Under the pieces are notes generated by a model. The model saw only the letters and a list, made by a program, of their open reading frames with translations. It did not search any database and had not been told where the DNA came from. DNA of 61,854 nucleotides from an uncultured Planctomycetia bacterium (GTDB lineage Bacteria > Omnitrophota > Gorgyraeia > 2-02-FULL-51-18): positions 1-61,854 of the forward strand of contig CAZXLF010000005.1 in the NCBI GenBank assembly GCA_964642015.1, in the 5' to 3' direction. Positions 1-9,930 of the stretch are shown here, in pieces. Positions within the stretch are counted from its first letter, which is position 1. The number at the start of each line of letters is the position of its first letter. Both the position numbers and the translations under genes were made by a program.

Positions 1-76
1 TGGCTCCCCGGCCAGGACTCGAACCTGGGACATGTTCGTTAACAGCGAACCGCTCTACCAGCTGAGCTACCGGGGA
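1..76 (-). tRNA. tRNA-Asn(GTT)
   Basis: Reverse complement folds as a tRNA: TCCCCGG acceptor, CT-GTT-AA anticodon loop, GGTTCGAGTCC T-arm, encoded CCA end. Confidence 0.97.
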
Positions 77-139
77 AAAATTACCTTACTAAAATGAAAT
101 TTTGGCTCCCAAAGACCGCGGGTTATTCTTACAGAAAAC

Positions 140-1951
140 CTAAGGGCTGTCAACCTTCCGTTTAGAAATAGCGGCCTTGAGCTTTTCAGGAGTAAAAATA
201 GGGGTTGAACACGCTTTATTAGCGCATAAAAATGCAGCCGGCTTTTCGAGTTCAGGATATTCGACGTCAGGATTCGGGAGCGGACCCTCTGCCCTATCCC
301 ACCATTCGATACGTGTATAACCCGAAGGATAACAAAGTGCCTCCAGAAACAGCGTCTTCGCCGATGCATCGTCTTTTTTTCCGATGACCGTGACATGCGA
401 CGGATCGTTCGCGATCTCGTAATCCGCGATCAGGATGCCGGAAAGAAAATGCTTGTTGTCGATAATAACCGGTGAAGCCAGATATTTCATTGCGTAACTT
501 GCCATGAATTTATATTCGGCTTTACCGGTATAATGAAAAAGAAGGTTCGCGAAACGCACAATGCTGACGTTCTCATCGATCTGCTTGACGGGTTTTAGAA
601 AAACACCCTGTGCGTCTTCGGGGATCTTCGCTGTGACGAATCCGGCGGCCGCGGCATCGGAAAAATTCTTTTGAATGAACTGCGCGGCCAATTCGGACTG
701 CGCGAGCCAATTCTTGTCCGCAGTCGAACGGTAAAGATCAAGGAATGCCTGCCCCATCGCCAGCGTGTCTCCGAGATAGGGCCCGGCGCGGTCTTCGAGA
801 TCATGACGGAAACCGCCGTCGGACCGACTGCGGCTTTTCAATATCCATTCCGCTGAATTTTTTGCGCTGTTCAAATACCGCTGATCTGCCGTCACATCGT
901 AAAGTATCAAAAGCGACGAGATCATCCAGCCGTTCTCACGCGCATAAATATGCTCATCGATCCTCGGCCTTTTGCCCAAAGCACGCCGGCCCGCGTCATC
1001 CTTCGCATAAAAATCTTTTCCTTTTAGGTTCTCATCCACATCGGCATCCTGGCTTATATAAAAAGCACCCTGTTTATCCGTCCAGAAATTTGAAACGTAA
1101 TCCGCGACTTTTTTTGAAGCATTCAAATATTTTACGTCTCCCATGACCGCATAAGCCAAAGCGTAAAGTCTCATGTAAGAGGCCTGAATCGACATTATTT
1201 TTTCATAATGAGGCGATTTCCAGTCTCGCGACTCGGAATATTGAAAAAATCCGCCCCAAACCGGGTCCAGTAAATTCAGAGTCTGATCCAAAGTGAGCCG
1301 CGCCATTTTGGTCTCAGATCCGCCTCCGGCCAGAGACCTCATCAGCGCCCATTCCAGGTGACCGGCGTCGATCAGTTTGAGCCGGTCACCCCAACCGCCG
1401 TACTCTTTGTCATAAAAAGATATGTATTCATTTTCCAATTTTTTTCTCTGCTCGGAAGTAAGGAAAGAATTTTCTGACGGCGTGACTTTTTGTTCTTTGA
1501 TGACCGAAGGCCCCGGAGTCGGATCTTTGATCACGGCGTCCAGCAAAGATGCCATCACTTCGGGCGGGATATAACCGCGGCGTTTGACGATCTCGGTACC
1601 TTTCGGTGTAAAAATAACCGTCGCCGGCCAACCCCAATCCTCATAACGGATCGAAATGTCCGGATTCGCGTCCTGATCCATACGGATCGCGACAAATTTT
1701 GAATTAATAAGCTCTACGACCTTTGGGTCGTTATAGGTCGTGTCCGCCATCACATGGCACCAATGACACCACACGGCCTCAAGGTCCAAGATCACGAGCT
1801 TATTCTCTTTTGCGGCTTGTTCAAACGCCTGATCAGACCAGCGTTGCCAATCAATCGGATCTTTTTTGACGTTAGCTTCAGGGGCTTCCGCGAATGCCGT
1901 TGGTAGCATCAAAGAAAACACAAGCGAAAAAATAAAAAATATCCTAGTCAT
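140..1951 (-). CDS. Thioredoxin-domain (DUF255/YyaL-like) protein with six-hairpin glycosidase-like C-terminus, secreted
   Basis: WCHWCHVM CxxC motif and GWPATVIFTP typical of the family; signal-peptide-like N-terminus from ATG 1951 (ORF track start is 2041). Confidence 0.85.
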   Translation of the reverse strand: MTRIFFIFSLVFSLMLPTAFAEAPEANVKKDPIDWQRWSDQAFEQAAKENKLVILDLEAVWCHWCHVMADTTYNDPKVVELINSKFVAIRMDQDANPDISIRYEDWGWPATVIFTPKGTEIVKRRGYIPPEVMASLLDAVIKDPTPGPSVIKEQKVTPSENSFLTSEQRKKLENEYISFYDKEYGGWGDRLKLIDAGHLEWALMRSLAGGGSETKMARLTLDQTLNLLDPVWGGFFQYSESRDWKSPHYEKIMSIQASYMRLYALAYAVMGDVKYLNASKKVADYVSNFWTDKQGAFYISQDADVDENLKGKDFYAKDDAGRRALGKRPRIDEHIYARENGWMISSLLILYDVTADQRYLNSAKNSAEWILKSRSRSDGGFRHDLEDRAGPYLGDTLAMGQAFLDLYRSTADKNWLAQSELAAQFIQKNFSDAAAAGFVTAKIPEDAQGVFLKPVKQIDENVSIVRFANLLFHYTGKAEYKFMASYAMKYLASPVIIDNKHFLSGILIADYEIANDPSHVTVIGKKDDASAKTLFLEALCYPSGYTRIEWWDRAEGPLPNPDVEYPELEKPAAFLCANKACSTPIFTPEKLKAAISKRKVDSP

Positions 1952-2633
1952 GGATCTCGATAACCTGAACCGTGATATTATCATGCCCTCCCTGTTTATT
2001 GGCGAGCGCGACCAGATTTTCGCAGCTTTTTTGAGGGTCATTCTTCACAACGCAGTCCTGGATCTGGCGGTCATCCATCATCGAATAAAGCCCGTCACTG
2101 CACTGAACATAAACATCTTCAGGCAAAATAGCCGTCTCATACACATCCGTTTGAACCATAGGATGCGTACCGATCGCGCGCGTCAGTATATGCCGGCCTG
2201 CGGAATGATCTTTTGTAAGACAGCCTATCTTCTTCCGGCGCACTTGATACATCCGGCAATCGCCGACGTGTCCCACAGAAACTTTATTCTTATAAAAATA
2301 AGAGGCTGTCAGCGTTGTCGCCATCCATTGGTCAGACATTTTAGGAGAATTGATTTTAAAAATCCCGGCATTGATCACGTCAAAGATCTTTTTTATGTCT
2401 GCGACGGTCAAAGGATTCTGCGATCGCTTAAATAGTTCTTCAAAAGTACGCACCGCCTCGCGACTGGCCACTTCGCCGTCAGCAAGACCTCCAAGTCCGT
2501 CGGCGACAACGAACACACTTCCTTTCGATAACCGCTCATCATCGTTTTCGGGAAGAATCGCCGCAAGAGAATCTTCATTGATCTCGCGTATCTTGCCCCG
2601 GTCCGTTTTTTGATAATAAAAAAGTTTCAACAT
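1944..2633 (-). CDS. PP2C-family Ser/Thr protein phosphatase (PrpC/Stp1-like)
   Basis: TDRGKIREINED, VADGLGG, GDCR, CSDGL and GGHDNIT motifs. Confidence 0.92.
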   Translation of the reverse strand: MLKLFYYQKTDRGKIREINEDSLAAILPENDDERLSKGSVFVVADGLGGLADGEVASREAVRTFEELFKRSQNPLTVADIKKIFDVINAGIFKINSPKMSDQWMATTLTASYFYKNKVSVGHVGDCRMYQVRRKKIGCLTKDHSAGRHILTRAIGTHPMVQTDVYETAILPEDVYVQCSDGLYSMMDDRQIQDCVVKNDPQKSCENLVALANKQGGHDNITVQVIEIHD

Positions 2634-2654
2634 CTATGATGGATGAAAAACACT

Positions 2655-3212
2655 TTAAAGAATTCGCGGCGTCAGAACGATCTGAACTGTCGAACCGGAT
2701 TCACGCGTATAAAAATTGTTCTCGAACGGCGATCGAGCGGTGCTGCCGCCGATCTCGAGAGACTGGCCGTCGGCGACAACAACTGTGGTGCTCAATCTTG
2801 TCACCGCGATGGAGCCTGTCCCATCTTGAGTTTCATACGAGACTTCCGGTGTAAGCGTGATCTCGATCTGATCGCCCACGATCCTTGGTTTGACGATCAA
2901 ATTCGTACCGATGTCCCTAAACACCACATTGCCGGTCAGATAACCTTCATTCGCAAGATACGTGCGGTACCATTCAATGCGCGGTGTTTGTTTCCCTATG
3001 AATAAACGCCCCTCATGCCCGTCAGAGATCACCAGGATCTGTGTTTCGCTGGACTGTTGAGTGCTCTGAAAATAGCTGCTTTGCTGTATCGTGGCTGCGC
3101 TCTTGAACGTGACTTCGATCTGCACATTGCGCGAAGCTGTTTCGGCAGAAACCGGTCCGTAAGCCGCTAAAAATAAAAAAACTAAAAATGCCTGGCGATG
3201 ATAGGTTTTCAT
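2655..3212 (-). CDS. Short secreted protein resembling a secretin C-terminal domain (NolW-like)
   Basis: Signal peptide; LIVKPRIVGDQIEITLTPEVS, LSTTVVVADGQSLEIGG and IVLTPRIL resemble secretin beta-strand motifs. Confidence 0.55.
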   Translation of the reverse strand: MKTYHRQAFLVFLFLAAYGPVSAETASRNVQIEVTFKSAATIQQSSYFQSTQQSSETQILVISDGHEGRLFIGKQTPRIEWYRTYLANEGYLTGNVVFRDIGTNLIVKPRIVGDQIEITLTPEVSYETQDGTGSIAVTRLSTTVVVADGQSLEIGGSTARSPFENNFYTRESGSTVQIVLTPRIL

Positions 3213-3241
3213 GATTTCGCGGTTATTTTATCAAAAAAACA

Positions 3242-3273
3242 AAAAGCTACAGAGTTAAATCTCTGTAGCTTTT
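3242..3273. terminator. Intrinsic terminator, likely bidirectional
   Basis: Perfect 13-bp stem AAAAGCTACAGAG-ttaaat-CTCTGTAGCTTTT downstream of the 3300..4232 gene. Confidence 0.8.
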
Positions 3274-3299
3274 AATTGTCGCTGGAAAATATGATAAAG

Positions 3300-4232
3300 T
3301 TACGCGGCGGCCTTTCTGGAAAGCTCTAAATACAATCCTGTAAAACTGGCAGTCACAAAAATCCCGAGGAAAGCGTTCAATAGACTGCTCAATAACGCAT
3401 ACGCGATCTGAGAAGCCACACCCGGAGCGACCGTATTCAAAAGGCCGAGCAAAGCCCCCGTGATAAGGCCTGTCACAAAACCAACGACAACCAAAGTTCC
3501 CAAAAGAACGATCACCGCAACAAAGTTTTTTTGTCCTAGTTTCGAATTTCGGAAACTAGGGAGCAAATAAGCAAGCAATAAGAGCAGGAATGTAAGAACC
3601 AAAACGATCCCGAAAAAGAAATTAGTTTCTTTGCCAATAGTGCTTATACTGTTTTTGATCGATTCGATCGGAGATTTTTCGTCGATCACAACCATATAAG
3701 GCGCAAAAAACATCAGCAAAAGCACATACAGCGCGACGATTGCCACTGGCACCGCAACAACAAGGCCTGGTTTTTTAAGAAAAGCTAACGCAAACGCTGC
3801 GATAATGATAAACAGCGCCGTAATCAGCAATACCATCAGTCCGACCAGAAAAAGCCTTAAGTAATACTTGGAACCGGCGCTTGTGAACGAATTAAGATTT
3901 GCCGTCCCTTGCTTGATCCGATCGCGGATGTAACCCAAAGTGCCGGCTTGAAAAAATATGCTCGTCAGAACAAAAACGAGCGTCGCAATAATGATCAAAA
4001 TGGATACTTTGGCACTCGGATTTTGTGTTCGAGCCTGAATGCGGGGACTAATATATATATTCAGAAAACTCCATATTGATCCAAAAACAAACATGATCCC
4101 CACTACTGGAGCGCTTTTGGTGGCCACAGCAAAACCTTTTTTAACCAGTTGCCCTATAGGAGTTGTAAAAATAACCGCTAATACCCAAGCAATCGCTATA
4201 AACGCCCCTATCAAAACACTAACACCTGCCAT
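3300..4232 (-). CDS. Multi-pass membrane protein of unknown function
   Basis: About 7-8 hydrophobic segments; FAPYMVVIDEKSPIESIKNS loop resembles uncharacterised membrane families. Confidence 0.7.
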   Translation of the reverse strand: MAGVSVLIGAFIAIAWVLAVIFTTPIGQLVKKGFAVATKSAPVVGIMFVFGSIWSFLNIYISPRIQARTQNPSAKVSILIIIATLVFVLTSIFFQAGTLGYIRDRIKQGTANLNSFTSAGSKYYLRLFLVGLMVLLITALFIIIAAFALAFLKKPGLVVAVPVAIVALYVLLLMFFAPYMVVIDEKSPIESIKNSISTIGKETNFFFGIVLVLTFLLLLLAYLLPSFRNSKLGQKNFVAVIVLLGTLVVVGFVTGLITGALLGLLNTVAPGVASQIAYALLSSLLNAFLGIFVTASFTGLYLELSRKAAA

Positions 4233-4298
4233 ATTATTAACCTCTACGTTTTGATTATGACTAAATAAATTTAATTATACTTTATCAATTATGAAAAT

Positions 4299-4327
4299 AG
4301 ACTAGCAAAGACAAAAAAACGTGTCAA
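4299..4327 (-). promoter_or_regulatory. Putative sigma70 promoter
   Basis: TTGACA-17 nt-TAGTCT on the minus strand upstream of 4232. Confidence 0.45.
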
Positions 4328-4350
4328 GGATTAACTCAACGAATAAAGGG

Positions 4351-4947
4351 CTATACTTCCTGGCGTTGTTTAAAAGCGCGTGATAAAGTCGCTTTATCAA
4401 CAAATTCCAGCGCACTGCCTACCGGTACGCCATGCGCTATACGCGTAACTTTGACCTTGAGAGGTTTGATCTGCTTTAAAAGATAGATGGATGTCGCGTC
4501 GCCTTCAGTATCTGAAGTAGTGCCGAGGACCACTTCCCTTATCGTGCCTTTTCTAAGGCGCTGAAGCAGTTCCTTGATCTTAAGGTCCTTCGGGCCGATA
4601 CCTTCCAGCGGCGATAGCGCACCCAATAATACATGATAGACACCTTGAAAATCACCGGATTTTTCTATCGCGATGATATCTTTAGGGTCTTGAACGATAC
4701 AAAGAAGCCCATGATCCCGCGTCGGATCCGAGCAGATGTGACACACCGGCTCTTCGCTTAAATTAAAACACTCCTGACAATAGTGGATATTACCGTTAAC
4801 TTTGAGCATGAGCCGTGACATTTCTTCGACAGTTTCATGCGGAGCTCCAAGAATATAAAAGGCAAAACGTTCAGCCGTACGTATTCCCACGCCCGGCATT
4901 TTTGAGAACGCTTCGATCAAATTGACCATGGATTCCGGATAAGGCAT
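4351..4947 (-). CDS. recR: Recombination mediator RecR
   Basis: PGVGIRTAERFAF HhH motif, C4 zinc finger (CQECFNLSEEPVCHIC), Toprim domain, VTRIAHGVPVG. Confidence 0.97.
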   Translation of the reverse strand: MPYPESMVNLIEAFSKMPGVGIRTAERFAFYILGAPHETVEEMSRLMLKVNGNIHYCQECFNLSEEPVCHICSDPTRDHGLLCIVQDPKDIIAIEKSGDFQGVYHVLLGALSPLEGIGPKDLKIKELLQRLRKGTIREVVLGTTSDTEGDATSIYLLKQIKPLKVKVTRIAHGVPVGSALEFVDKATLSRAFKQRQEV

Positions 4948-4952
4948 CGGTC

Positions 4953-6656
4953 TTACCTGATGATCTTTCCGCCGAAGATCTGCATTGCCGACTTAAGAGC
5001 TTCCGGGGTTTCACCGCTTGGGGACAAGTCAGTTTGTTCGGAAATTGCGGTTTGTCTGGCAGACGCTTTCGGAGAAAGTTCTTTGACGGATTGAAATTCC
5101 ACACGCACCTGTTCATCCAGCAGAGACGAAAGATGTTTTTCGATAAGCTTTCGATTTACCTCCGTTTCCAAAGATTCCCGATGGAACGAAAGTCGTTCAG
5201 GAAATGATATTTTTGCGATACTATTTATCAAACCCAGAGGCTCTCCTTCAGCCAAATATGTCGCGACTGAAATTTTTTCGCCCTTAAGCGCACGCAAAAG
5301 CGGCTCCCATATCGCGTCTAAGGAACTCATCTTTTTTTCTTCCATGACCTCTCTTATCACAAGATCGCCTTCGGGAAGTTCTTCGACATCGGGATCCGAT
5401 GTTTCATCATCATCTTCTTCGGGCTTTGCGCTAGAAGTTTTATTTAAAACCGGTTTTTCCGCAGGCAAACGTGAAGAAATAGCTTCTTTCCTATCAAGGA
5501 TCATTGTTTTTTTTTCTGAATTCCCGAGTTTTTCAAGGATCTTGGAAATATCTTCCATCGGAGCCTTATGGGCGAGCTTGATCAGCGCGATCTCTAAAGG
5601 AATGCGTTTCATTTCGAAACGCTTCATGATCTGCAACGTATGCGTGATCACGCTGAAAAAATAAAAAAGATCTTCCTTCGTAAAACGGCTTTTTTGTTTC
5701 GCAAGAAGTTTTTTATAAGATTCGGTCGCATCGACCAATGCGGCCAGATCCTCCGAGATGTTCAAAAATAAAAGATTGCGCGTATGCTCCAGAAGTTTTT
5801 CCATAAAAAGAGACGCGTCTTTTCCTTTTTCAAGAACACCGTTTAAAATAAGCAGAGCGGACTTGGCATCGTGCTCAGCCAGTGCATCCATGATACCAAA
5901 AAGTTCTTCCTCCTCTAATGAACCCAAAGACTCCATCACATCTTTTGAGTTGATCTTGCCATCCGTCGACGAAGCAACTTGGTCCAGGATCGATTCGCTG
6001 TCCCGAAGGCCGCCGTCGGCGAATTTGGCGATCACGGTCAACGCGTCATCATCGATCTTTATCTTTTCTTTTTTGGAAATTTCTTTCAACGCTTCGACGA
6101 TCACCTGCGTTGGGATACGTCTAAAATCAAAACGCTGGCACCGCGACAGGATCGTGGCCGGTACTTTATTGGCAGAAGTCGTCGCAAAAATAAATTTCAC
6201 ATGGGCCGGCGGCTCTTCGAGAGTCTTAAGAAGCGCATTGAAACCATCGGTCGTGATCTGATGGACTTCATCGATGATGTAGATCTTGAACTTTCCTAAA
6301 GCCGGTGCGAATTTTACATTCTCACGAAGCGCGCGGATCTCGTCAATACCGCGGTTCGATGCGCCGTCGATTTCCAGCACATCGAGCGAACGCGAACCTT
6401 CGATTTCCTGACAAGCCTGGCATTTTCCACAAGGCGAAACCGTCGGGCCGTTCTTGCAGTTCAACGCTTTGGCAAATATGCGCGCCATCGAGGTTTTTCC
6501 TACACCCCGCGGACCGGTGAAAAGGTACGCGTGCGCAATACGATTCATCGTGATCGCGTTCTTCAGCGTCGTAGAAATGTGGTCTTGCCCCAGCACATCT
6601 TCAAAAGTCTGCGGACGGTATTTTCGGGCGATGACCAGATAAGGCTTTGATTCCAT
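4953..6656 (-). CDS. dnaX: DNA polymerase III subunit gamma/tau
   Basis: ARKYRPQTF, Walker A GPRGVGKTS, IIDEVH, SRCQRF. Confidence 0.97.
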   Translation of the reverse strand: MESKPYLVIARKYRPQTFEDVLGQDHISTTLKNAITMNRIAHAYLFTGPRGVGKTSMARIFAKALNCKNGPTVSPCGKCQACQEIEGSRSLDVLEIDGASNRGIDEIRALRENVKFAPALGKFKIYIIDEVHQITTDGFNALLKTLEEPPAHVKFIFATTSANKVPATILSRCQRFDFRRIPTQVIVEALKEISKKEKIKIDDDALTVIAKFADGGLRDSESILDQVASSTDGKINSKDVMESLGSLEEEELFGIMDALAEHDAKSALLILNGVLEKGKDASLFMEKLLEHTRNLLFLNISEDLAALVDATESYKKLLAKQKSRFTKEDLFYFFSVITHTLQIMKRFEMKRIPLEIALIKLAHKAPMEDISKILEKLGNSEKKTMILDRKEAISSRLPAEKPVLNKTSSAKPEEDDDETSDPDVEELPEGDLVIREVMEEKKMSSLDAIWEPLLRALKGEKISVATYLAEGEPLGLINSIAKISFPERLSFHRESLETEVNRKLIEKHLSSLLDEQVRVEFQSVKELSPKASARQTAISEQTDLSPSGETPEALKSAMQIFGGKIIR

Positions 6657-6676
6657 GATATTTTGTTAATTCCTTT

Positions 6677-6760
6677 GATCCCTCTCCGCCACAGGACCTG
6701 ACGGACCCGCCTTCTATTTGGCGGGGACTGCGCTCGGGATGACTTTATTTTGCAAAGTCA
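6677..6760. repeat. REP-like palindromic element with nested small hairpins
   Basis: GATCCCTC...GACTGCGCTCGGGATGAC interrupted by a 41-bp insert containing CCCGCC-ttctattt-GGCGGG; followed by a TGACTTT/AAAGTCA hairpin. Confidence 0.5.
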
Positions 6761-6830
6761 TTTTACCACGATTGCGGGTTTGTTCAATCGAGTTTGTTAA
6801 GACAGTATGTTTATGGTAGATTAACCCGCA

Positions 6831-7301
6831 ATGATGAACAGCAAAAAAGAACTTGATCAATATTACATGCGTCAAGCGATCAAAGAAGCTGAGAAAGCCT
6901 TTGCAGCGGACGAAGTGCCGATCGGAGCGGTGCTCGTGGACCATCAGCAGGTCATCGGACGCGCATACAACCAGACTAAACTCCTCAAAGACGCTACCGC
7001 TCACGCGGAAATGATCGCGATCACGCAAGGATGCGAAGCGCTGAAGTCCGAACATTTACGCACCGCAACGCTTTATGTTACACTTGAGCCTTGCCCGATG
7101 TGCATGGGCGCCATGATATTAGCCCGGATCGAGCGTCTGGTATTCGGCGCCAGAGAACCAAAGACCGGTGCCTGCGGCTCCAAGCTGCATCTTTTGGCGG
7201 ACGCAAAATGGAATCACCGCTTCAAGATCGAGGAAGGGGTATTGGAATTTGAATCCGGTGCTTTGCTGCAGGAATTTTTCAAAAATAAAAGACGCGAGTA
7301 A
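6831..7301 (+). CDS. tadA: tRNA adenosine(34) deaminase
   Basis: EVPIGAV, HAE and EPCPMC zinc-deaminase motifs; adjacent to tRNA-Ser as commonly seen. Confidence 0.92.
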   Translation: MMNSKKELDQYYMRQAIKEAEKAFAADEVPIGAVLVDHQQVIGRAYNQTKLLKDATAHAEMIAITQGCEALKSEHLRTATLYVTLEPCPMCMGAMILARIERLVFGAREPKTGACGSKLHLLADAKWNHRFKIEEGVLEFESGALLQEFFKNKRRE

Positions 7302-7313
7302 AGGATCTTTTTT

Positions 7314-7398
7314 GGAGAGGTGCGTGAGTGGCCGAAACGGCATGCCTGGAAAGCATGTAATCCGCAAGGGTTCCAGGGTTCGAATCCCTGCCTCTCCG
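7314..7398 (+). tRNA. tRNA-Ser(GGA)
   Basis: GGAGAGG acceptor, CATGC-CT-GGA-AA-GCATG anticodon arm, long variable arm, GGTTCGAATCC; CCA not encoded. Confidence 0.96.
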
Positions 7399-7420
7399 AA
7401 TTATTTTTAAATAAAAAACT

Positions 7421-9466
7421 ATGCCGATAAATAACAAATTCCTGTCTCTGATACCGGCCGAATCCTTCGATCAGAAATATTCAGAAGATATTTCTACGGA
7501 TGCTTTTTTCGGCTTTCCTCTCGCGCCGATCCTAAAAGCAGAGGAGGATCTTCTTTCCAAAAATACGCGATCGATCGCTTATTTTTCAATGGAGTTCGGT
7601 TTATCATCAAATACTTATAATGTTTTTCATAGTTGCCGTCCGATCACAGACATGGATATGTCTCCCGAGCATCATATATTCTCGAACTTGCGCGCGATGG
7701 ATTATTATTTATCGTTGGAAACCGGCACACGGCTTGACCTCCCTATTTACAGCGGAGGGTTAGGCGTGTTGGCTGGAGACACACTGAAAAGCACCGCCGA
7801 TCGCGGCATCTCGATGGCTGCCATCGGCATATTATGGAATAAAGGCTACTTCAAACAAAATTTCTGGTTCAAAGATGGTCAAGTGCCCGAAGAAAATGAT
7901 TGGGACCCAACTTCGTATCCCGGCCTTGTACCGCTAACCACGCGCATCGAGATCAAACTAAAAAAAGAAACGATCCATCTGAAACTCTGGAAATATTTTG
8001 TTTACAGTTTTGACAGAAAAAATGTCGTACCGCTCATTCTGCTTGATTCCAACCTCGACGCAAATTCTGAAAATACAAGAAAGCTGACCGACCAGCTTTA
8101 TCGCAGCGATAACGCCGAGTGGAAAATTCTACAGAGAACGATCCTGGGGATCGGAGGTATTAAAGCGATCGAGGCGCTGGGCTATTCGATCGATATGTTC
8201 CATTTAAATGAGGGGCATGCGGCGTTCGCATTCATCGAAAAAGCAAAAAAGCTTCCAGCAAACGAGCTTAATTCTCTTAAAGAACATTTCGCTTATACTT
8301 GTCACACGCCGGTCGCGGCAGGTCATGACCGATTCCAAAAAAAAGCAGTGCAGGAGATCATGGGCGACGAAGAATTTTCCCTGCTAAAAAAATGGGGCAC
8401 GGACTCCGATGACTCGGATCTCATCAATCTCACACAGCTTGCGATGAATACCTGCAAATTTGTCAACGCCGTCGCGCAAAAACACGGCGAAGTCACACGC
8501 GCGCAATTCCCGCAATACCGCGACAAGATCCAATCCATCACCAACGGAGTCCATACACATACCTGGGTATCAAAACCGATCGCGTCACTGCTAGATAAAT
8601 ATGACAATAGAATCGGCGGCTGGAGAAAAGATCCAAAACTTTTAAAGAACGTTCTTTTGCTGAAAGATGATTCATCGTTCCGTTCAGGGCTTTGGACCGC
8701 TCATCAGGAAAATAAGAAAGATCTGTGTCTTTTTTTAAAAAGCTGGCAGATTATGCCGGATATTTTTACGATCTGCTGGGCCCGCCGCATCGCCGCCTAT
8801 AAAAGACCGAGTCTTATCCTTCAGGATGCGCAGCGTCTGCTGGATATCGCCAAACGTATCGGACCGATCCAGATCATCTTCGCCGGCAAAGCGCATCCTA
8901 AAGATAATATAGGATTCACTTACGTAAATGACATGCTGACAGCCATCGATTCTCTGGAAGGCAGCCGCAACATACTTCGCGTGATGATGCTTGAAAATTA
9001 TGACACATTTCTCGGCAAGATGCTTTCGAACAGCGTGGATGTCTGGCTCAACAATCCGCTTCCGCCTTTCGAGGCGTCCGGCACCAGCGGCATGAAAGCG
9101 ATCTTAAACGGAGTCTTACAGCTTTCCACGCTGGATGGTTGGGTCGTGGAAGCGGCTCAGAAAAATATCGGCTGGATATTCGGTTGGGAGCATCACACGC
9201 AGGAGATCGGCGATGAAAGAAATCTTCGTCTCTCCGAAGACGCCTCACTTCTATATCAAATGCTCGAGAAAGTGGTGACACTCTATTATGAAACGAATAA
9301 ACAAGGAAAACTCGAACTTAATTCCGACTGGCTCACGAAAATGACCCACGCGATCTCCGAAGCCGGTTATTTCAATACCGAACGCATGGTGGAAGAATAT
9401 CAGACAAAGATCTGGGAAAGCGGTCACGGTCAGCCAAAACTGGCTAGCATGGCTGCATCCCGATAG
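7421..9466 (+). CDS. glgP: Alpha-glucan (glycogen/maltodextrin) phosphorylase
   Basis: YFSMEFG, YSGGLGVLAGD, HLNEGH, FAGKAHP and the PLP-lysine motif EASGTSGMKA. Confidence 0.93.
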   Translation: MPINNKFLSLIPAESFDQKYSEDISTDAFFGFPLAPILKAEEDLLSKNTRSIAYFSMEFGLSSNTYNVFHSCRPITDMDMSPEHHIFSNLRAMDYYLSLETGTRLDLPIYSGGLGVLAGDTLKSTADRGISMAAIGILWNKGYFKQNFWFKDGQVPEENDWDPTSYPGLVPLTTRIEIKLKKETIHLKLWKYFVYSFDRKNVVPLILLDSNLDANSENTRKLTDQLYRSDNAEWKILQRTILGIGGIKAIEALGYSIDMFHLNEGHAAFAFIEKAKKLPANELNSLKEHFAYTCHTPVAAGHDRFQKKAVQEIMGDEEFSLLKKWGTDSDDSDLINLTQLAMNTCKFVNAVAQKHGEVTRAQFPQYRDKIQSITNGVHTHTWVSKPIASLLDKYDNRIGGWRKDPKLLKNVLLLKDDSSFRSGLWTAHQENKKDLCLFLKSWQIMPDIFTICWARRIAAYKRPSLILQDAQRLLDIAKRIGPIQIIFAGKAHPKDNIGFTYVNDMLTAIDSLEGSRNILRVMMLENYDTFLGKMLSNSVDVWLNNPLPPFEASGTSGMKAILNGVLQLSTLDGWVVEAAQKNIGWIFGWEHHTQEIGDERNLRLSEDASLLYQMLEKVVTLYYETNKQGKLELNSDWLTKMTHAISEAGYFNTERMVEEYQTKIWESGHGQPKLASMAASR

Positions 9467-9474
9467 GAGAAATA

Positions 9475-9882
9475 ATGTCTAAAACCGAACCTACGATCCG
9501 AAAATTCATGACCGTTCAACCGATCTCCATTGAAGCCGGCGAAAATTTGGCAGCGGCTGTCGAGGTGATGGCAAAACACCAGATCCGGCATCTACCGGTG
9601 ATGCAGGATTCCGAAGTCGTGGGGATACTCAGTGACCGCGACATCAAGCTCGCGCAAAGCATAGAAGGGATCAACATTGATCAGCTGCCGGTATTGGACA
9701 TCTGCGTCGAAGAACCGTATATCGTAGGACCCGACGAGCCATTGAGCCATATCGCCTCAACAATGGCTTCAAAACACTACGGTTCAGCGATCATCGTCCA
9801 AAACGACAAACTCGTAGGGATATTCACGACCGTTGACGCATGCCGCGCGCTGTCCGAAATATTGCAGACAAGATTTCATTGA
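9475..9882 (+). CDS. CBS-pair domain protein
   Basis: IRHLPV..VVGILSDRDI and LVGIFTTVD CBS motifs. Confidence 0.9.
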   Translation: MSKTEPTIRKFMTVQPISIEAGENLAAAVEVMAKHQIRHLPVMQDSEVVGILSDRDIKLAQSIEGINIDQLPVLDICVEEPYIVGPDEPLSHIASTMASKHYGSAIIVQNDKLVGIFTTVDACRALSEILQTRFH

Positions 9883-9930
9883 TCACATTTTAAATTGGGT
9901 CCAAAAATCTCCTAGTATCGCGGCAGCGTT

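Noticed and set aside
6685-6725. Possible SRP RNA (ffs) upstream of dnaX
   Set aside because: The minus strand has TCAGGTCC but not the following GGAAGGAAGCAG tetraloop motif; a REP-like element explains the sequence better.
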